The position numbers and the translations under genes were made by a program. From Candidatus Freyarchaeum deiterrae (GTDB lineage Archaea; Asgardarchaeota; Jordiarchaeia; Jordiarchaeales; Jordiarchaeaceae): a DNA stretch of 64,000 nt. Shown piece by piece: positions 40,903 through 51,708 of this stretch (its first letter is position 1; each line of letters begins with the position of its first letter). The notes under the pieces are model-generated. The model worked only from the letters and a program-made list of their open reading frames with translations. It did no database searches and was not told the DNA's origin. The stretch lies in the NCBI GenBank assembly GCA_037305845.1, contig CP147778.1, positions 2,400,001 to 2,464,000 on the forward strand, read 5' to 3'.

Positions 40903-41433
40903 ATGTCTTTAATTTATCCAGAGCAGTTTGAAACAGTCATAAAACTGAGAGACGGGAAGGAAGCACTAGTTAGACCGTTAAAACCAACTGTCGATAAAGA
41001 AAAACTATACGAAATGTACAGCACACTATCGAAGGACACAAACTACTACCGCTTCCTAAACTATCAACCCGTCACCAGATGGATCGTGGAACAATGGAGC
41101 GATGTAAACTACGACGACAAAATGACACTACTAGCCATAATAAAAGAAAACGGGAAAGAGAGAGTAATAGCTGATTCCCGATACTACCTGGATAAAACTA
41201 CCGGCGAAGCTGAAATAGCCATAGTGGTACACGACGACTACCAAGCCAAGGGAATAGGAACAAAACTACTCGCCTACACAATCGAAGTAGCCAAAAAAAT
41301 GGGAGTAAAAAAATTATACGCCTACTTGGACCCCACAAACAAAAGAATAATCCACGTAGTTAAAACCCTCGGCTTCACCGTTAAATGGGCTAACGACATA
41401 GGCGAGTACAGAGCCGATCTACCACTGCAATAA
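40903..41433 (+). CDS. GNAT acetyltransferase (Pat-like)
   Basis: LRDG..ALVRP, YYRF, AEIAIVVHDDYQAKGIG. Confidence 0.85.
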   Translation: MSLIYPEQFETVIKLRDGKEALVRPLKPTVDKEKLYEMYSTLSKDTNYYRFLNYQPVTRWIVEQWSDVNYDDKMTLLAIIKENGKERVIADSRYYLDKTTGEAEIAIVVHDDYQAKGIGTKLLAYTIEVAKKMGVKKLYAYLDPTNKRIIHVVKTLGFTVKWANDIGEYRADLPLQ

Positions 41434-41467
41434 ATAACCTCCCAAAAAGTTTGACGAGAGAATTTCA

Positions 41468-41836
41468 TCATTCGAACTCGTATTTTACGTCGGTCATAAG
41501 GTATACAACCACTATAATTCCGATTGTCAGAGGAATTATACCAACTATAATTAGAAGAAGGAATATACTACCGATTATCATAATTACTCCAAGTATCAAT
41601 GCGAGGATGCGTCCCCAATTCTTCATTCGGAACAAGCCTATAGCAGCAAAGACATACATTTCCGCCACAATAAATATAACAATAACCCCTATCTGATTAA
41701 AGATACTTTGAGGAGTAAAGTAAGATGTAAGGGCAGAATATAATACCCCCATGAATGTCCCAAGGCAACCTGCCAGCCCACCAATAATAAAGAAGACTAC
41801 AGTTAGTGCGGTGACACCACTCGGTCTATAAGACAC
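41468..41836 (-). CDS. Small membrane protein
   Basis: RPSGVT start, GLFRMKNWGR, four TM segments. Confidence 0.65.
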   Translation of the reverse strand: MSYRPSGVTALTVVFFIIGGLAGCLGTFMGVLYSALTSYFTPQSIFNQIGVIVIFIVAEMYVFAAIGLFRMKNWGRILALILGVIMIIGSIFLLLIIVGIIPLTIGIIVVVYLMTDVKYEFE

Positions 41837-41946
41837 ATATATCCCGCCCCATATTTTTTACTAAAAAATAAACATTAGTTTTAAATTATGTTATTTTTAA
41901 ATATTAAAACATTTGGAAAGCGGCACAATTTAGACCTTGGTTAAGG

Positions 41947-42627
41947 CTAGTCGGCTTCCTTCAGTAGCTTCTTTAACTTTTTGGAAGCGTCGTGGAGCAG
42001 GGGTTTGCCGTGCCCTGGCAACAATATATCGAAATCTAGCTTCGCTATCTTTCTCACTGATTTCCATGCTTTTTCTATATCAAGTGACATTGATTTTGCC
42101 GGGCCTTTCACGTTACCACTGCCGTCGGTTCTTAACACATCGCCCACAAAAACCGCCTTTCCCGGTTTGTATAGACATATGCTGCCCTCGGTGTGTCCCG
42201 GGCAGTGTATCACCTCTAATCCCCCTATCTTGTCTCCTTCCTTCAGGATAATGTCTGGCTTGACTTTTTGGAAGTTCATAAATTTCATAAATACTCCGAA
42301 GAATGCCCCTGCTAAGCCCTTCACTCTTTTCAGTTCTCTGTCCCCTGAAAGGCTCGGCGCATCGTCTTCATGTATGGCGACCTTTGCTCCCGTTATTCTC
42401 TTAAGCTCCGCCGCGCTTCCAGAGTGGTCGATATCAGAGTGAGTTAAAATTATTGCCTCAATTTTCAGCGAGTCTTTTCCTAGGGCTCTAATTTGGCTAG
42501 CAATCTTTTTTCCATTTCGGGTTAAGCCAGTGTCAATGACAAAACCTTTGCTACCGGCAATGTACAGATAACTGTTGGCTGCTCGTATTCCTTTAAAGCA
42601 ATAAATTCCATCTGCTATCTCCATCAC
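41947..42627 (-). CDS. Metallo-beta-lactamase fold hydrolase
   Basis: IDTG, THSDIDHSG, PGHTEG, GD, PGHG. Confidence 0.88.
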   Translation of the reverse strand: MMEIADGIYCFKGIRAANSYLYIAGSKGFVIDTGLTRNGKKIASQIRALGKDSLKIEAIILTHSDIDHSGSAAELKRITGAKVAIHEDDAPSLSGDRELKRVKGLAGAFFGVFMKFMNFQKVKPDIILKEGDKIGGLEVIHCPGHTEGSICLYKPGKAVFVGDVLRTDGSGNVKGPAKSMSLDIEKAWKSVRKIAKLDFDILLPGHGKPLLHDASKKLKKLLKEAD

Positions 42628-42935
42628 AATTCGCCTCTTTCCTTTTCAGCTAACTCACAACATCATCAGGAGAAAACTAATATAATATCATCTTCTAGAA
42701 GGGTGCTGCCAAAATCATTGGCAAGATTTTTTTAATAAATTTTTTGTTCTTTTTCAAGCAAGCAATTCTTTTAGTTAAATGAGTCATCACCACTTTTCAA
42801 ACTTGAACATTTTATTCGCTCACAGACACGATTTGAAATACTTTCCTCTAAATCTTTCTTGTGTTTCGTTTAATTTTCGAAATGATTTTTATATTATTTC
42901 TGCGTTGAATATTCATAAAGTTCGTAAAGCGAGGA

Positions 42936-43907
42936 GTGTTTGTTTTGAGAGCGTTGCTAATAGAAAATGGTGAGGTTAAAGTTGTTGAGGATTATCCTAA
43001 ACCCAAAGTTAAATCCGGCTGGGTTTTAATTAAACCCAGTGTTGTTGGGATTTGTAATACGGATTTGGAGCTCATTGAGGGATATATGAATTTTAGTGGA
43101 GTGCCGGGGCATGAATTCGTAGGCATTGTCGAGGAGGCGAGCGATAAGAAACTCTTGGGAAGACGCGTTGTGGGTGAAATAAACTTCGCTTGTGGTTCCT
43201 GTGAATATTGTAGAAAGGGACTGCAGAGGCATTGTCCTAACAGGAGTGTTTTGGGCATACAAAACGCGGACGGTGCTTTCGCCGATTATGTTACTCTACC
43301 ACGGGAGAATATTCACGTTCTTCCTGATAGTGTGAGTGATGATCAAGCCGTGTTTGTGGAGCCTCTCGCGGCCTCTCTGGAGATTCTGATGCAAACGCAC
43401 ATTAAACCAACCATGAAAGTATACGTTTTGGGCGATGGAAAACTCGGCTTGCTGACTGCACAGGTTCTCAGGCTAACTGGATGCGATTTGTTACTAGTGG
43501 GTAAACATGAGAACAAATTAGGAATAGTTGAAAGAATGGGTGTTAAGACCACCACTCAGGAAAACCTACCAGTTACCAAGGCAGATTTGGTGGTCGAGTG
43601 TACTGGTAACTCCAGTGGTTACAGTTTGGCAAAGAGGATGGTTAATCCCTCGGGAATAATAGTCGCGAAAAGTACGTACCATCAGAATCTGGAGTTGAAC
43701 TGGTCAGAAATCGTGGTAGATGAGATTACCATAATAGGTTCAAGGTGCGGACCATTTGACCCCGCGATAAGACTTCTGGAACAAAGACTCATAGACACCG
43801 ACTCCCTGATAACCGCTAGATACCCCTTCGAAGAAGTATTAAGAGCATTTGAACACGCGAAAGAACGCGAAGCAATAAAGATACTGGTCCAAATTGGGAA
43901 ACCGTGA
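42936..43907 (+). CDS. Zinc-dependent alcohol dehydrogenase (MDR family)
   Basis: GICNTD, GHEFVG, C.SC.YC......C, GDGKLG. Confidence 0.92.
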   Translation: MFVLRALLIENGEVKVVEDYPKPKVKSGWVLIKPSVVGICNTDLELIEGYMNFSGVPGHEFVGIVEEASDKKLLGRRVVGEINFACGSCEYCRKGLQRHCPNRSVLGIQNADGAFADYVTLPRENIHVLPDSVSDDQAVFVEPLAASLEILMQTHIKPTMKVYVLGDGKLGLLTAQVLRLTGCDLLLVGKHENKLGIVERMGVKTTTQENLPVTKADLVVECTGNSSGYSLAKRMVNPSGIIVAKSTYHQNLELNWSEIVVDEITIIGSRCGPFDPAIRLLEQRLIDTDSLITARYPFEEVLRAFEHAKEREAIKILVQIGKP

Positions 43908-44213
43908 GAGTCCACCATTCAAGACAAGTATGTTGACCTACACTGACCAGCTCACTTATTGATAACTGATAAAGAATTACTGGTATTTCCGCCTTCGCAA
44001 TCAAAAAATTCTCAACGATTAATAAAATCCTTAAAAATTAAATAACTATAACTCTTTTATTATCAATTCATCCTCAAAATTCCCATTTCCAAGCACTTAA
44101 CTCCGCTGATGCGTTTCAAGGGGCAGAGCTTTACCAAAAGGATTTATTAATTCTGAATCCAAATAAAGGATTAAAAACATTTCATAGTCAACAGGAATGC
44201 GAGGCAACATAAA

Positions 44214-45515
44214 ATGGAACTTGAAATTATTAAAGCCGGCGAAACAGAAGGCGCGGCTTACATTCATCCCGAAGTAGCAAAATCCGAAGGAATCTACGAC
44301 GGAAACATTATTCTGTTTGAAGACCCCACCACAGGAAACTTCGGCGCAGCCCCCGCATACATGGATAAAAAACTCGAGAAAACCAAGATAAAAATCGACT
44401 CCACCCTCGTAGAATCAAGTGGACTCGACGAAGGATTCAAAGTAAACGTCAAAAACTACACCGGAAAACTACAACCACTAAGAAAACTAATAATCGGAGT
44501 AGAACCACTAAGCGGACAAGCACCAGAAGACGTGTTCAAACAAGCTCAGGAAAGAAGAAGCGAACTCAAAAAACTCCTAAACAAAAGAGTCATCTTCAAA
44601 AAAATGAAACTAAGATGGAAAGACCTTGAAGCCAACATCTCCATAGAATCCACTGACCCCGATCTAAAAGGAAAAGAATTCGCAATAGTCAACTGGCCCG
44701 AAATAGAAAGAGCAGAAATCGTACCCGTAGGACCAGCAATGCCCTTCAACGCCATACTGCTCATCGACGTTTCCGGAAGCATGAGCACTAAAGACATGAA
44801 AGTTGTGAACATAGCTCCCGCCAGAGAAGGAATAAGCAGTCTCCTAGAATCAGAACAGATCTCAAGCTTCCTAAGCAGATTCGAAGAGGGAGACGATGTA
44901 AAAAGAAGACATGGCGCAGCATTCGCCGCACTATTATACCTAGCAGAAAAAGTGGGAAGAGGATACGGCGAGAAAGTATCCATAGCCACATACCACGACG
45001 AAGCCAAAATAATAAAATTCGACGGAAACGAATACTACGACGCCACTACAGGAAAAATAGACCAGGTAGCAGATACCATACTCACAGAAGTAGCATACAA
45101 AACCGGCGGATACACAAACATGAGCGACGCCCTCCGAAAAGCAATAGGCGTCCTCAAAAAATCGTTCAAGGGCACTGGACAAAACATGATTGTACTCATG
45201 ACAGACGGTTTCCCACAAGGAACAGACACCGAAGAAGCGGTCATGTCCATCGTGGAGAGAGAACTAACACAGGTATCCAACGTGGTTCTCTACGCGGTAG
45301 GAATAGGAGGAGAAGTTAACGATAAACTGATGGAAAACATTGCAACCGCGACTGGAGGAGTCTACTTCAAAGCAACCGACCTAGGAAAGCTCCTCAACTG
45401 GTACAGCGAACTCGCAAGATCATTCACAAAAGCCGTCCACCAAAAAGAGAAAAAACCAACAACAACAACAGAAGAAGAACATGCGGCTGCGGAAACCAGT
45501 ACCGAATCCGATTAA
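44214..45515 (+). CDS. vWA-domain protein with N-terminal Cdc48-N-like region
   Basis: MIDAS DVSGS..T(NMS)..TDG; N-terminus AYIHP.....GI..G.II...IKID.......GLDEG.KV.V. Confidence 0.75.
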   Translation: MELEIIKAGETEGAAYIHPEVAKSEGIYDGNIILFEDPTTGNFGAAPAYMDKKLEKTKIKIDSTLVESSGLDEGFKVNVKNYTGKLQPLRKLIIGVEPLSGQAPEDVFKQAQERRSELKKLLNKRVIFKKMKLRWKDLEANISIESTDPDLKGKEFAIVNWPEIERAEIVPVGPAMPFNAILLIDVSGSMSTKDMKVVNIAPAREGISSLLESEQISSFLSRFEEGDDVKRRHGAAFAALLYLAEKVGRGYGEKVSIATYHDEAKIIKFDGNEYYDATTGKIDQVADTILTEVAYKTGGYTNMSDALRKAIGVLKKSFKGTGQNMIVLMTDGFPQGTDTEEAVMSIVERELTQVSNVVLYAVGIGGEVNDKLMENIATATGGVYFKATDLGKLLNWYSELARSFTKAVHQKEKKPTTTTEEEHAAAETSTESD

Positions 45516-45854
45516 TTTACTTATCACCCCTTTTAGTTATTTTTACTTCTATTTTTTCACATTTCTTTCCAAAAACATACCGTTTTTATGTCTGAAATTT
45601 TTAGGATTTAGGGAGTGATAGAAGAAGGTAACATTTTTGATAATAGTTTATTTCTTAATAATAAAAAATTAGATGAAAGAAAATAAGGGGGAGGTTTTAT
45701 TTTTTCACGCCCTCTCCTATTTTTGTTTGTCTTTGGGAACTTGTTTTTTAATTTGGGTCTATAAGTTTTGGTTACTTGCTTTTACTGTTTTCTCTCTTGG
45801 GTTGCCAGTTTCTCGGAGGAGGCTGGCTACGACTATTTTTCTCTAGGTGTATTT

Positions 45855-46148
45855 TTACTTCGTGAGTGTTATGGTCATTGCTGATACGTTGCTTTGTCCT
45901 CTCTCGTTTTCAATGCTTTCCGTGCCGATTTCAATGTTTTTGACTGTTACATCTGAGAGAAATCTTTCTCTCGTAATTTCTGCTACGTCGACTGCTCTGC
46001 TTATTGCTCTTCCTCGAGCTTTTATTGAGACTTCTTTGCTTCCCTTATTGAATTGGGTTATTACTGCCAGAACATAGTTCATGGTAGGTTTTAAATTTCC
46101 GACAAATACGGTATTTTCGTCCCTTATTGTTGTAGGCATTTTTCTCAA
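45855..46148 (-). CDS. albA: Chromatin protein Alba
   Basis: [38 protein letters not shown]. Confidence 0.95.
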   Translation of the reverse strand: MRKMPTTIRDENTVFVGNLKPTMNYVLAVITQFNKGSKEVSIKARGRAISRAVDVAEITRERFLSDVTVKNIEIGTESIENERGQSNVSAMTITLTK

Positions 46149-46514
46149 CCTTCCTAGAATTAATTCAGTTTCTCACTATTTATCTCCAATGTTCTCGTTC
46201 TTGATGCGTCTAGATAGATAGATGTAAACATAATTTCATTATACTTGTTTATAAAATTGTTGTTCAAAACATCGTTATAATGCAAAAATATGTGTTCTGT
46301 GACTCTATGTATACATGTTTGGGGCTACTGCCAGTGGAGGAAAAGGGGGATTCATAAAGCTTTTTTTCCGATTCTAAGCCATCAAAAAGGTGAAAATTGG
46401 ATTAGCTTCCAGTTTTGGCATTGGGGAAAAATTATTATTTCAATAGAGCTAAATGTGTAAGGTATAGTAATTTTTTTGTACGTTCAGCGGCTATTGATTC
46501 CTTAGGGGATAATA

Positions 46515-46946
46515 ATGCTGAAATCAAAAAAGGATAAAATTATCTACAAACTGACTAACCCCTTTTCCTATACCGGCGCAACCGTTCCCGAAACTGCCTC
46601 CGTCCAAGGAAAAGAGGTCAAAATAAAACCCATAGTTGAAGAGTTCAAGAAACGCGAACAGGGAGGAAAATTGACAAGTCAGGATATCCTCTTCGGAGCA
46701 ACCCTCTCCAGGCTCCTCGAAAACGAAATCCAGAAAATCATAAACAAAATGAATAATGAGGAGATTTCTACGGAAGAGGCCGAAAAAAACATGGACACTT
46801 GGCTGGGAATCATAAGAGCATCCAAAATTCTCAATAAACAAGAAGAGAGTGTAGACCAGAGAAAAATCGAAAAGGACGAAAAGGTACGCTTCGTCAAGTG
46901 GGCGAAAAGCCTCTTAGACCCAGCACTATTTTCGTACAACTACTAG
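46515..46946 (+). CDS. Conserved archaeal protein (DUF5788-like)
   Basis: GATVPE...QGKEV, ISTEEAE......LGI.RA...L patterns. Confidence 0.6.
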   Translation: MLKSKKDKIIYKLTNPFSYTGATVPETASVQGKEVKIKPIVEEFKKREQGGKLTSQDILFGATLSRLLENEIQKIINKMNNEEISTEEAEKNMDTWLGIIRASKILNKQEESVDQRKIEKDEKVRFVKWAKSLLDPALFSYNY

Positions 46947-47046
46947 CATATGCTCCCAGCATACAATTATTTATGGAGCAAAAATTAGAAAAAGAAACCT
47001 GTTTAGGTTTCTGATTTTTCTGTATCTGTTCTGTTTTGTTTTGGAA

Positions 47047-47286
47047 TCATCTTTCTGGTGCGATTATGCAGGTCATGGTTTCAACCACTCCCTCCATAGG
47101 CCTCAAAACGTCGAAAATAAATGAATCCAACGCCTCCGAATTGTTCATCTTTACTTTCATTATTATATCGTACAGGCCATAAACTAGGTCTACGTTCTCT
47201 ACAGAATCGAACTCCTTGAACTTTGATAAAAGATCTTTCTCAAATCCAGTGGCAGTCTTAATAAGAATATAGGCAGACGTAACCAA
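47047..47286 (-). CDS. Stand-alone Lrp/AsnC ligand-binding domain protein
   Basis: AYILIK...G, VYGLYDII.KV, GVVETMT; TTG 47286 after GGAGG. Confidence 0.85.
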   Translation of the reverse strand: MVTSAYILIKTATGFEKDLLSKFKEFDSVENVDLVYGLYDIIMKVKMNNSEALDSFIFDVLRPMEGVVETMTCIIAPER

Positions 47287-47597
47287 CTCTAAAAATCCTC
47301 CTATAAACCTATACACCAAAAGATGGTACTCAGTTTTTAGAAAAACTAAGTGCTAGTAAAGAAACCAACTCCAATAATTAAAAATGTTCCCTTCCCAAGC
47401 TAAAACAAGTATCAATCCACAGCAACAGTAAAGAAGCAAACCCCAAAACCGTACCACATCGACAGGAAGCTTTCACTCTGGAAAAATTTCCCAAATGTGG
47501 GGCAGTCACGGAACACGAAAAAATTCAAAAAAATAAAAAGAGTGCTGGGTTAATAGCCCACACCTAACAAATTTGTGTTAGTAAAATTTTTTTAGGC

Positions 47598-49133
47598 TTA
47601 TTTTTTAACGGGGATTGCGTACATTTTTCTGAATTTTTCTAGCATCGCTCTTGGAGTCACTGTTTCTCTCGTGTATCTGGGTAGCTCCTTCTCGATTCCC
47701 GAAAGGTACTTTGCAATACTCTTCAACTTCTCAATGTCGTACCTAGACATCATAGCAATGGTTTCCATCTGGGGGCTGCCTCCGCCGTGAAGGCCCGCTA
47801 CCTGACTAAGTCCCGCCATTTCTGAGCCTATCGCACCTTCTATAAATCGGAAGAGTCTATGCTGGTTTTCTGCGGAAATCTTCGGATTTCTCATCATGTA
47901 CTTGTTTACCAGATCCCCTGTTTCCTCATTGTAGAAATCTCCCTCAAGGGGCAGAGTGACCGATAAACCTCCCGCAAGGTCAGCTACGGTCTTGTACTCG
48001 TTGTATATCTCCTCACCCGCCAGCCTTCTACCCGCATTGGTTAAAATCTCGTCGGGTATATAAGTGCCGCTGGGAGCCTTCTCAGCACGGTAGGCGCTAG
48101 CCTGGCCGGCGGCGAACACCAGTTCCGCCACACCTATCAGGTGAGACAACTTTTCTTGAACATGTTTCTCTTTCTCAATCCCGTTATACTCCGCAACCAG
48201 AGCTGCCGTGCTACTCAAAACTTCGGACACCGCTGGTTTACAGCCAGTGTAAGAATGCCTGTGGTAGTGAGCGAAGAGCAGAGCGAGAAAACCTGCGTAA
48301 GGAGTCACCTTCGGATCCTCATTCCCATTCATAAAGACTCTCTCTTTGGGCACAAAGACATCATCGAAAATGGTGAACGATTCAACGTCCCCTAGGTGGG
48401 CTGCAGGGGCGTCCAAATGCTTCCTCTTATGATGGTACCCTGGTCTGCAAAGAAGCTTCACACCATCCGTGTCCGCGGGGATAGCGAATGCAACAGCGTA
48501 ATCCTTATCCTTGTCAGTCATCATCCTTGTAGGAATAGCTATAATCTCATCCGCGTAAGGAGCAACGGTATTACAAAGCTTCGCACCCCTAACTATAATA
48601 CCATCCTTCCTAGTTTCCACTACCCTAAGATAAAGGTCCGGATCCACCTGTTCACTAGGCCTCTTCATCCTGTCGCCCTTAGAATCAGTCTGAGCACAGT
48701 TACCAGTAAGATCATTCTTCTGGAAATAATCAAGAAACTTCAAAAATCTCTTGTTATAATCCGTGCCAACCGCTTCATCCATCTCATAAGTTACAACGGA
48801 CAACGCATTCAAACTATCGATACCCATACATCTCTGAATACACCCACCAACACGATGACACAAAACCCTAGTCATCATCTGCTTCGCAAGAAGATCCTCC
48901 TTACTCTGATGAATATGAGTAAACCGGTTAATCTTCTCACCAGAAATATGTGACGTAGCAGTACACAAGTCCTCGAACTCTGGATCGTTAGCTCTATCAT
49001 AAGTCTCCTTAATAATATTAATACCACCCTGAAGCCGAGGGTCACTCCTATCCACTTTTTCACCATCAATGTACACATTAGGCTTCATATCAAGCAAACG
49101 ACTGTAATAGTCCTCATAAGTTTTAATACCCAT
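47598..49133 (-). CDS. abfD: 4-hydroxybutyryl-CoA dehydratase (AbfD; HpaB-like fold)
   Basis: CIQRC and HRHSYTGC Fe-S ligands, QTDSKGDR, LHGGGSP; ATG 49133 after AGGAGG. Confidence 0.85.
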   Translation of the reverse strand: MGIKTYEDYYSRLLDMKPNVYIDGEKVDRSDPRLQGGINIIKETYDRANDPEFEDLCTATSHISGEKINRFTHIHQSKEDLLAKQMMTRVLCHRVGGCIQRCMGIDSLNALSVVTYEMDEAVGTDYNKRFLKFLDYFQKNDLTGNCAQTDSKGDRMKRPSEQVDPDLYLRVVETRKDGIIVRGAKLCNTVAPYADEIIAIPTRMMTDKDKDYAVAFAIPADTDGVKLLCRPGYHHKRKHLDAPAAHLGDVESFTIFDDVFVPKERVFMNGNEDPKVTPYAGFLALLFAHYHRHSYTGCKPAVSEVLSSTAALVAEYNGIEKEKHVQEKLSHLIGVAELVFAAGQASAYRAEKAPSGTYIPDEILTNAGRRLAGEEIYNEYKTVADLAGGLSVTLPLEGDFYNEETGDLVNKYMMRNPKISAENQHRLFRFIEGAIGSEMAGLSQVAGLHGGGSPQMETIAMMSRYDIEKLKSIAKYLSGIEKELPRYTRETVTPRAMLEKFRKMYAIPVKK

Positions 49134-49843
49134 AACATAACTTCCTCCTAAAACAGAACACAAGAACAAAACACAATAAATTATTATGAAAACAATGTAA
49201 AAAACAGTTATAAAAATTCCCCTAAATAAACCTTTACACCAACACAAAACAAAAACAAATAGAAATCCAAATCAGAAAAACGAAACGAAAAACCAAAAAT
49301 AAAAAACACTCACAGAAAAGAAAAGAAACAATCAAAATAAAAAAGATGAAAGAATCCACAATAAATTGAATCTTTTCATGTTACTGTCTTCGCTAAAACA
49401 GAATTGCTTTAATGAATAGAAAAGAGTAGGAGTAGATTTTTCATACCTCTTTCATCCGACGTTACATCAGATGGGAGTACATCCTGCCTATCATCTCAGA
49501 AGCCATGGGCGGAATGGTGCCATACATCTCAATCTATTTTTACAAACTCATTTACCAATGGCAAGGTCAGCCGCAGCCACAATCGCCACGTTCCTACCAT
49601 TATAATCCAAAGTTCACTGCAGAGACAAGATGCTGCGTGATTAGCCTTTTATGAAGTCTTTCTATGAAAATTGTACAGAAGCGAAATAGAATATTCACAA
49701 TGTACGAGTTAAACGAAGACAGCCTCCTTGCCAACCGAGATAAAACATCCCACTAATTCCACCAACCAAATTTACAACGTAACACAGTTAAGATAAGTTT
49801 AAAAATTCGAAACATACAATCCCCACAAGAGAGGAGAGAAAAA

Positions 49844-51319
49844 TTGAACCCTGCAGACGAAAATAAGGATGCAGAAATCGATAAGATGATAGAAGAAATT
49901 AACAAGGCAATACTCAAAAACCCCAAAACACAAAAAGAAACCATAGACAGCATACAAAGCACAATAAACCAAACAGAAAACATAGGGGTTGTGGGGCGGT
50001 GCCTCACCGATGTCGCTAATGCAAGCCCTGAGCTAGCGGAGAAACTAGCCAAAGCCATAAATTTGAAAACCCTAGCCAGAAAAATAGACCAAACAAAAGA
50101 TATACGGGATTTGGGGTGGTGCCTCATCGAGGTCGCTAGAGCAAGCCCTGACCTAGCGGAGAAACTGATACCGAGTGTAGCCAGAAAAATAGACCAAACA
50201 GAAGACATACATGCTGTGGGGGACTGCCTCAACAGTGTCGCTAAGGCAAGCTCTGAGCTAGCGGAGAAACTAGCCAAAGCCATAAATTTGGAAACCCTAG
50301 CCAAAAAAATAGACCAAACAGAAAACATAGATAATGTTTGGTTGTGCCTCCTCGGGGTCGCTGATGCAAGCCCTGAGATAGGGGAAAAACTAGCCAAAGC
50401 CATAAACACGGAAAACCTAGCCAGAAAAATAGACCAAACAGAAGACATACGAGCTGTGGGGTCGTGCCTCTTCGGGGTCGCTAGAGCAAGCCCTGAGCTA
50501 GCGGAGAAACTGATACCGAGTGTAGCCAGAAAAATAGACCAAACAGAAAACATAGAGGCTGTGGGGGAATGCTTCTTCGGGCTCGCTAGAGCAAGCTCTG
50601 AGATAGCGGAGAAACTAGCCAAAGCCATAAATTTGGAAACCCTAGCTAGAAAAATAGACCAAACAGAAGACATATTGGCTGTGGGGCGGTGCCTTCCCGA
50701 CATCGCTGGAGCAAGTCGTGAGACAGTGGAGGAACTAGCCAAAGCCATAAATTTGGAAACCCTAACCATAAAAATAGATCAAACAGAAGACACAGATCAT
50801 GTGGGGGTGTTCCTCTCCTTTGTCGCTGAAGCAAGCCCTGAGCTAGCGGAGAAACTGATACCGAGTGTAGCCAGAAAAATAGACCAAACAGAAGACATAC
50901 ATGCTGTGGGGTTATGCCTCGCCTTTGTCGCTGAAAAAATCACTGAGCTAGCAGAGAAACTGATACCGAGTGTAGCCAGAAAAATAGACCAAACAGAAGA
51001 CATACATGCTGTGGGGCGGTGCCTCACCGATGTCGCTAATGCAAGCCCTGAGCTAGCGGAGAAACTAGCCAAAGCCATAAATTTGGAAACCCTAGCTAGA
51101 AAAATAGACCAAACAGAAGATATACGGGATTTGGGGCGGTGTCTCATCGATGTCGCTTATGCAAGCCCTGAGCTAGCGGAGAAACTGATACCGAGTGTAG
51201 CCAGAAAAATAGACCAAACAGAAGACATAGAGGCTGTGGAGTGGTACCTCGCTGATGTCGCTAAAGCAAGCCCTGAAATAGGAGAAAAACTAGCCAAAGC
51301 CGTAACACGGAAACCCTAG
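49844..51319 (+). CDS. HEAT/ARM-like tandem-repeat protein (12 repeats of 35 or 40 aa)
   Basis: Consensus ARKIDQTEDIxxVGxCLxxVAxASPELAEKL(IPSV or AKAINLETL). Confidence 0.85.
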   Translation: MNPADENKDAEIDKMIEEINKAILKNPKTQKETIDSIQSTINQTENIGVVGRCLTDVANASPELAEKLAKAINLKTLARKIDQTKDIRDLGWCLIEVARASPDLAEKLIPSVARKIDQTEDIHAVGDCLNSVAKASSELAEKLAKAINLETLAKKIDQTENIDNVWLCLLGVADASPEIGEKLAKAINTENLARKIDQTEDIRAVGSCLFGVARASPELAEKLIPSVARKIDQTENIEAVGECFFGLARASSEIAEKLAKAINLETLARKIDQTEDILAVGRCLPDIAGASRETVEELAKAINLETLTIKIDQTEDTDHVGVFLSFVAEASPELAEKLIPSVARKIDQTEDIHAVGLCLAFVAEKITELAEKLIPSVARKIDQTEDIHAVGRCLTDVANASPELAEKLAKAINLETLARKIDQTEDIRDLGRCLIDVAYASPELAEKLIPSVARKIDQTEDIEAVEWYLADVAKASPEIGEKLAKAVTRKP

Positions 51320-51420
51320 CAAAAAACATAGATCAAACAGAAGACACATGGGCTGTTATACATTGTGTCTCACGTGTTGCTAGTGCGAGTCTTTTGGTTT
51401 GGGGGAAGCTAGTTAGCCTG
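49955..51420 (+). repeat. Tandem array of 105-bp and 120-bp units (12 plus one frameshifted)
   Basis: Near-identical AGCCAGAAAAATAGACCAAACAGAAGACATA and GCAAGCCCTGAGCTAGCGGAGAAACT blocks flanking variable codons. Confidence 0.9.
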
Positions 51421-51708
51421 AATAAACAGGGAAGGCACGACGAGAAAGAAGCACAAAACAGACGATTTTATAGCTTTAATGCGTCTCTCGGAAGTCTATC
51501 TTTTTCTCGGCGATTCTGATAGGAGTAAAGAGGCGGCTGAGAAAGCTTTAAATCAATAAAAACAAGCCAAAACAGAGAAAAAACACACAACAACTGAAAC
51601 CCAATAATCACATAAACAATAAGACCACACAAACAAAAAACCGTCAAACAAAAACTCAAAAAACAGAGAATCAAAATAAAAAGATAAAAAGAAAAGAAAG
51701 GAAAAACC

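Noticed and set aside
47449-47515. Long hairpin followed by ACA as an H/ACA RNA or SECIS
   Set aside because: No convincing kink-turn or symmetric pseudouridylation pocket
49400-49760. GC-richer intergenic stretch with NVAIVAAADLA on the minus strand (Memo/LigB-like relic)
   Set aside because: Too fragmented by stops to support a call
49955-51420. Regular DNA repeats with variable interiors as a CRISPR array
   Set aside because: Units are 105/120 bp, preserve one reading frame, the variable parts are homologous codons rather than unique spacers, and no cas genes are present
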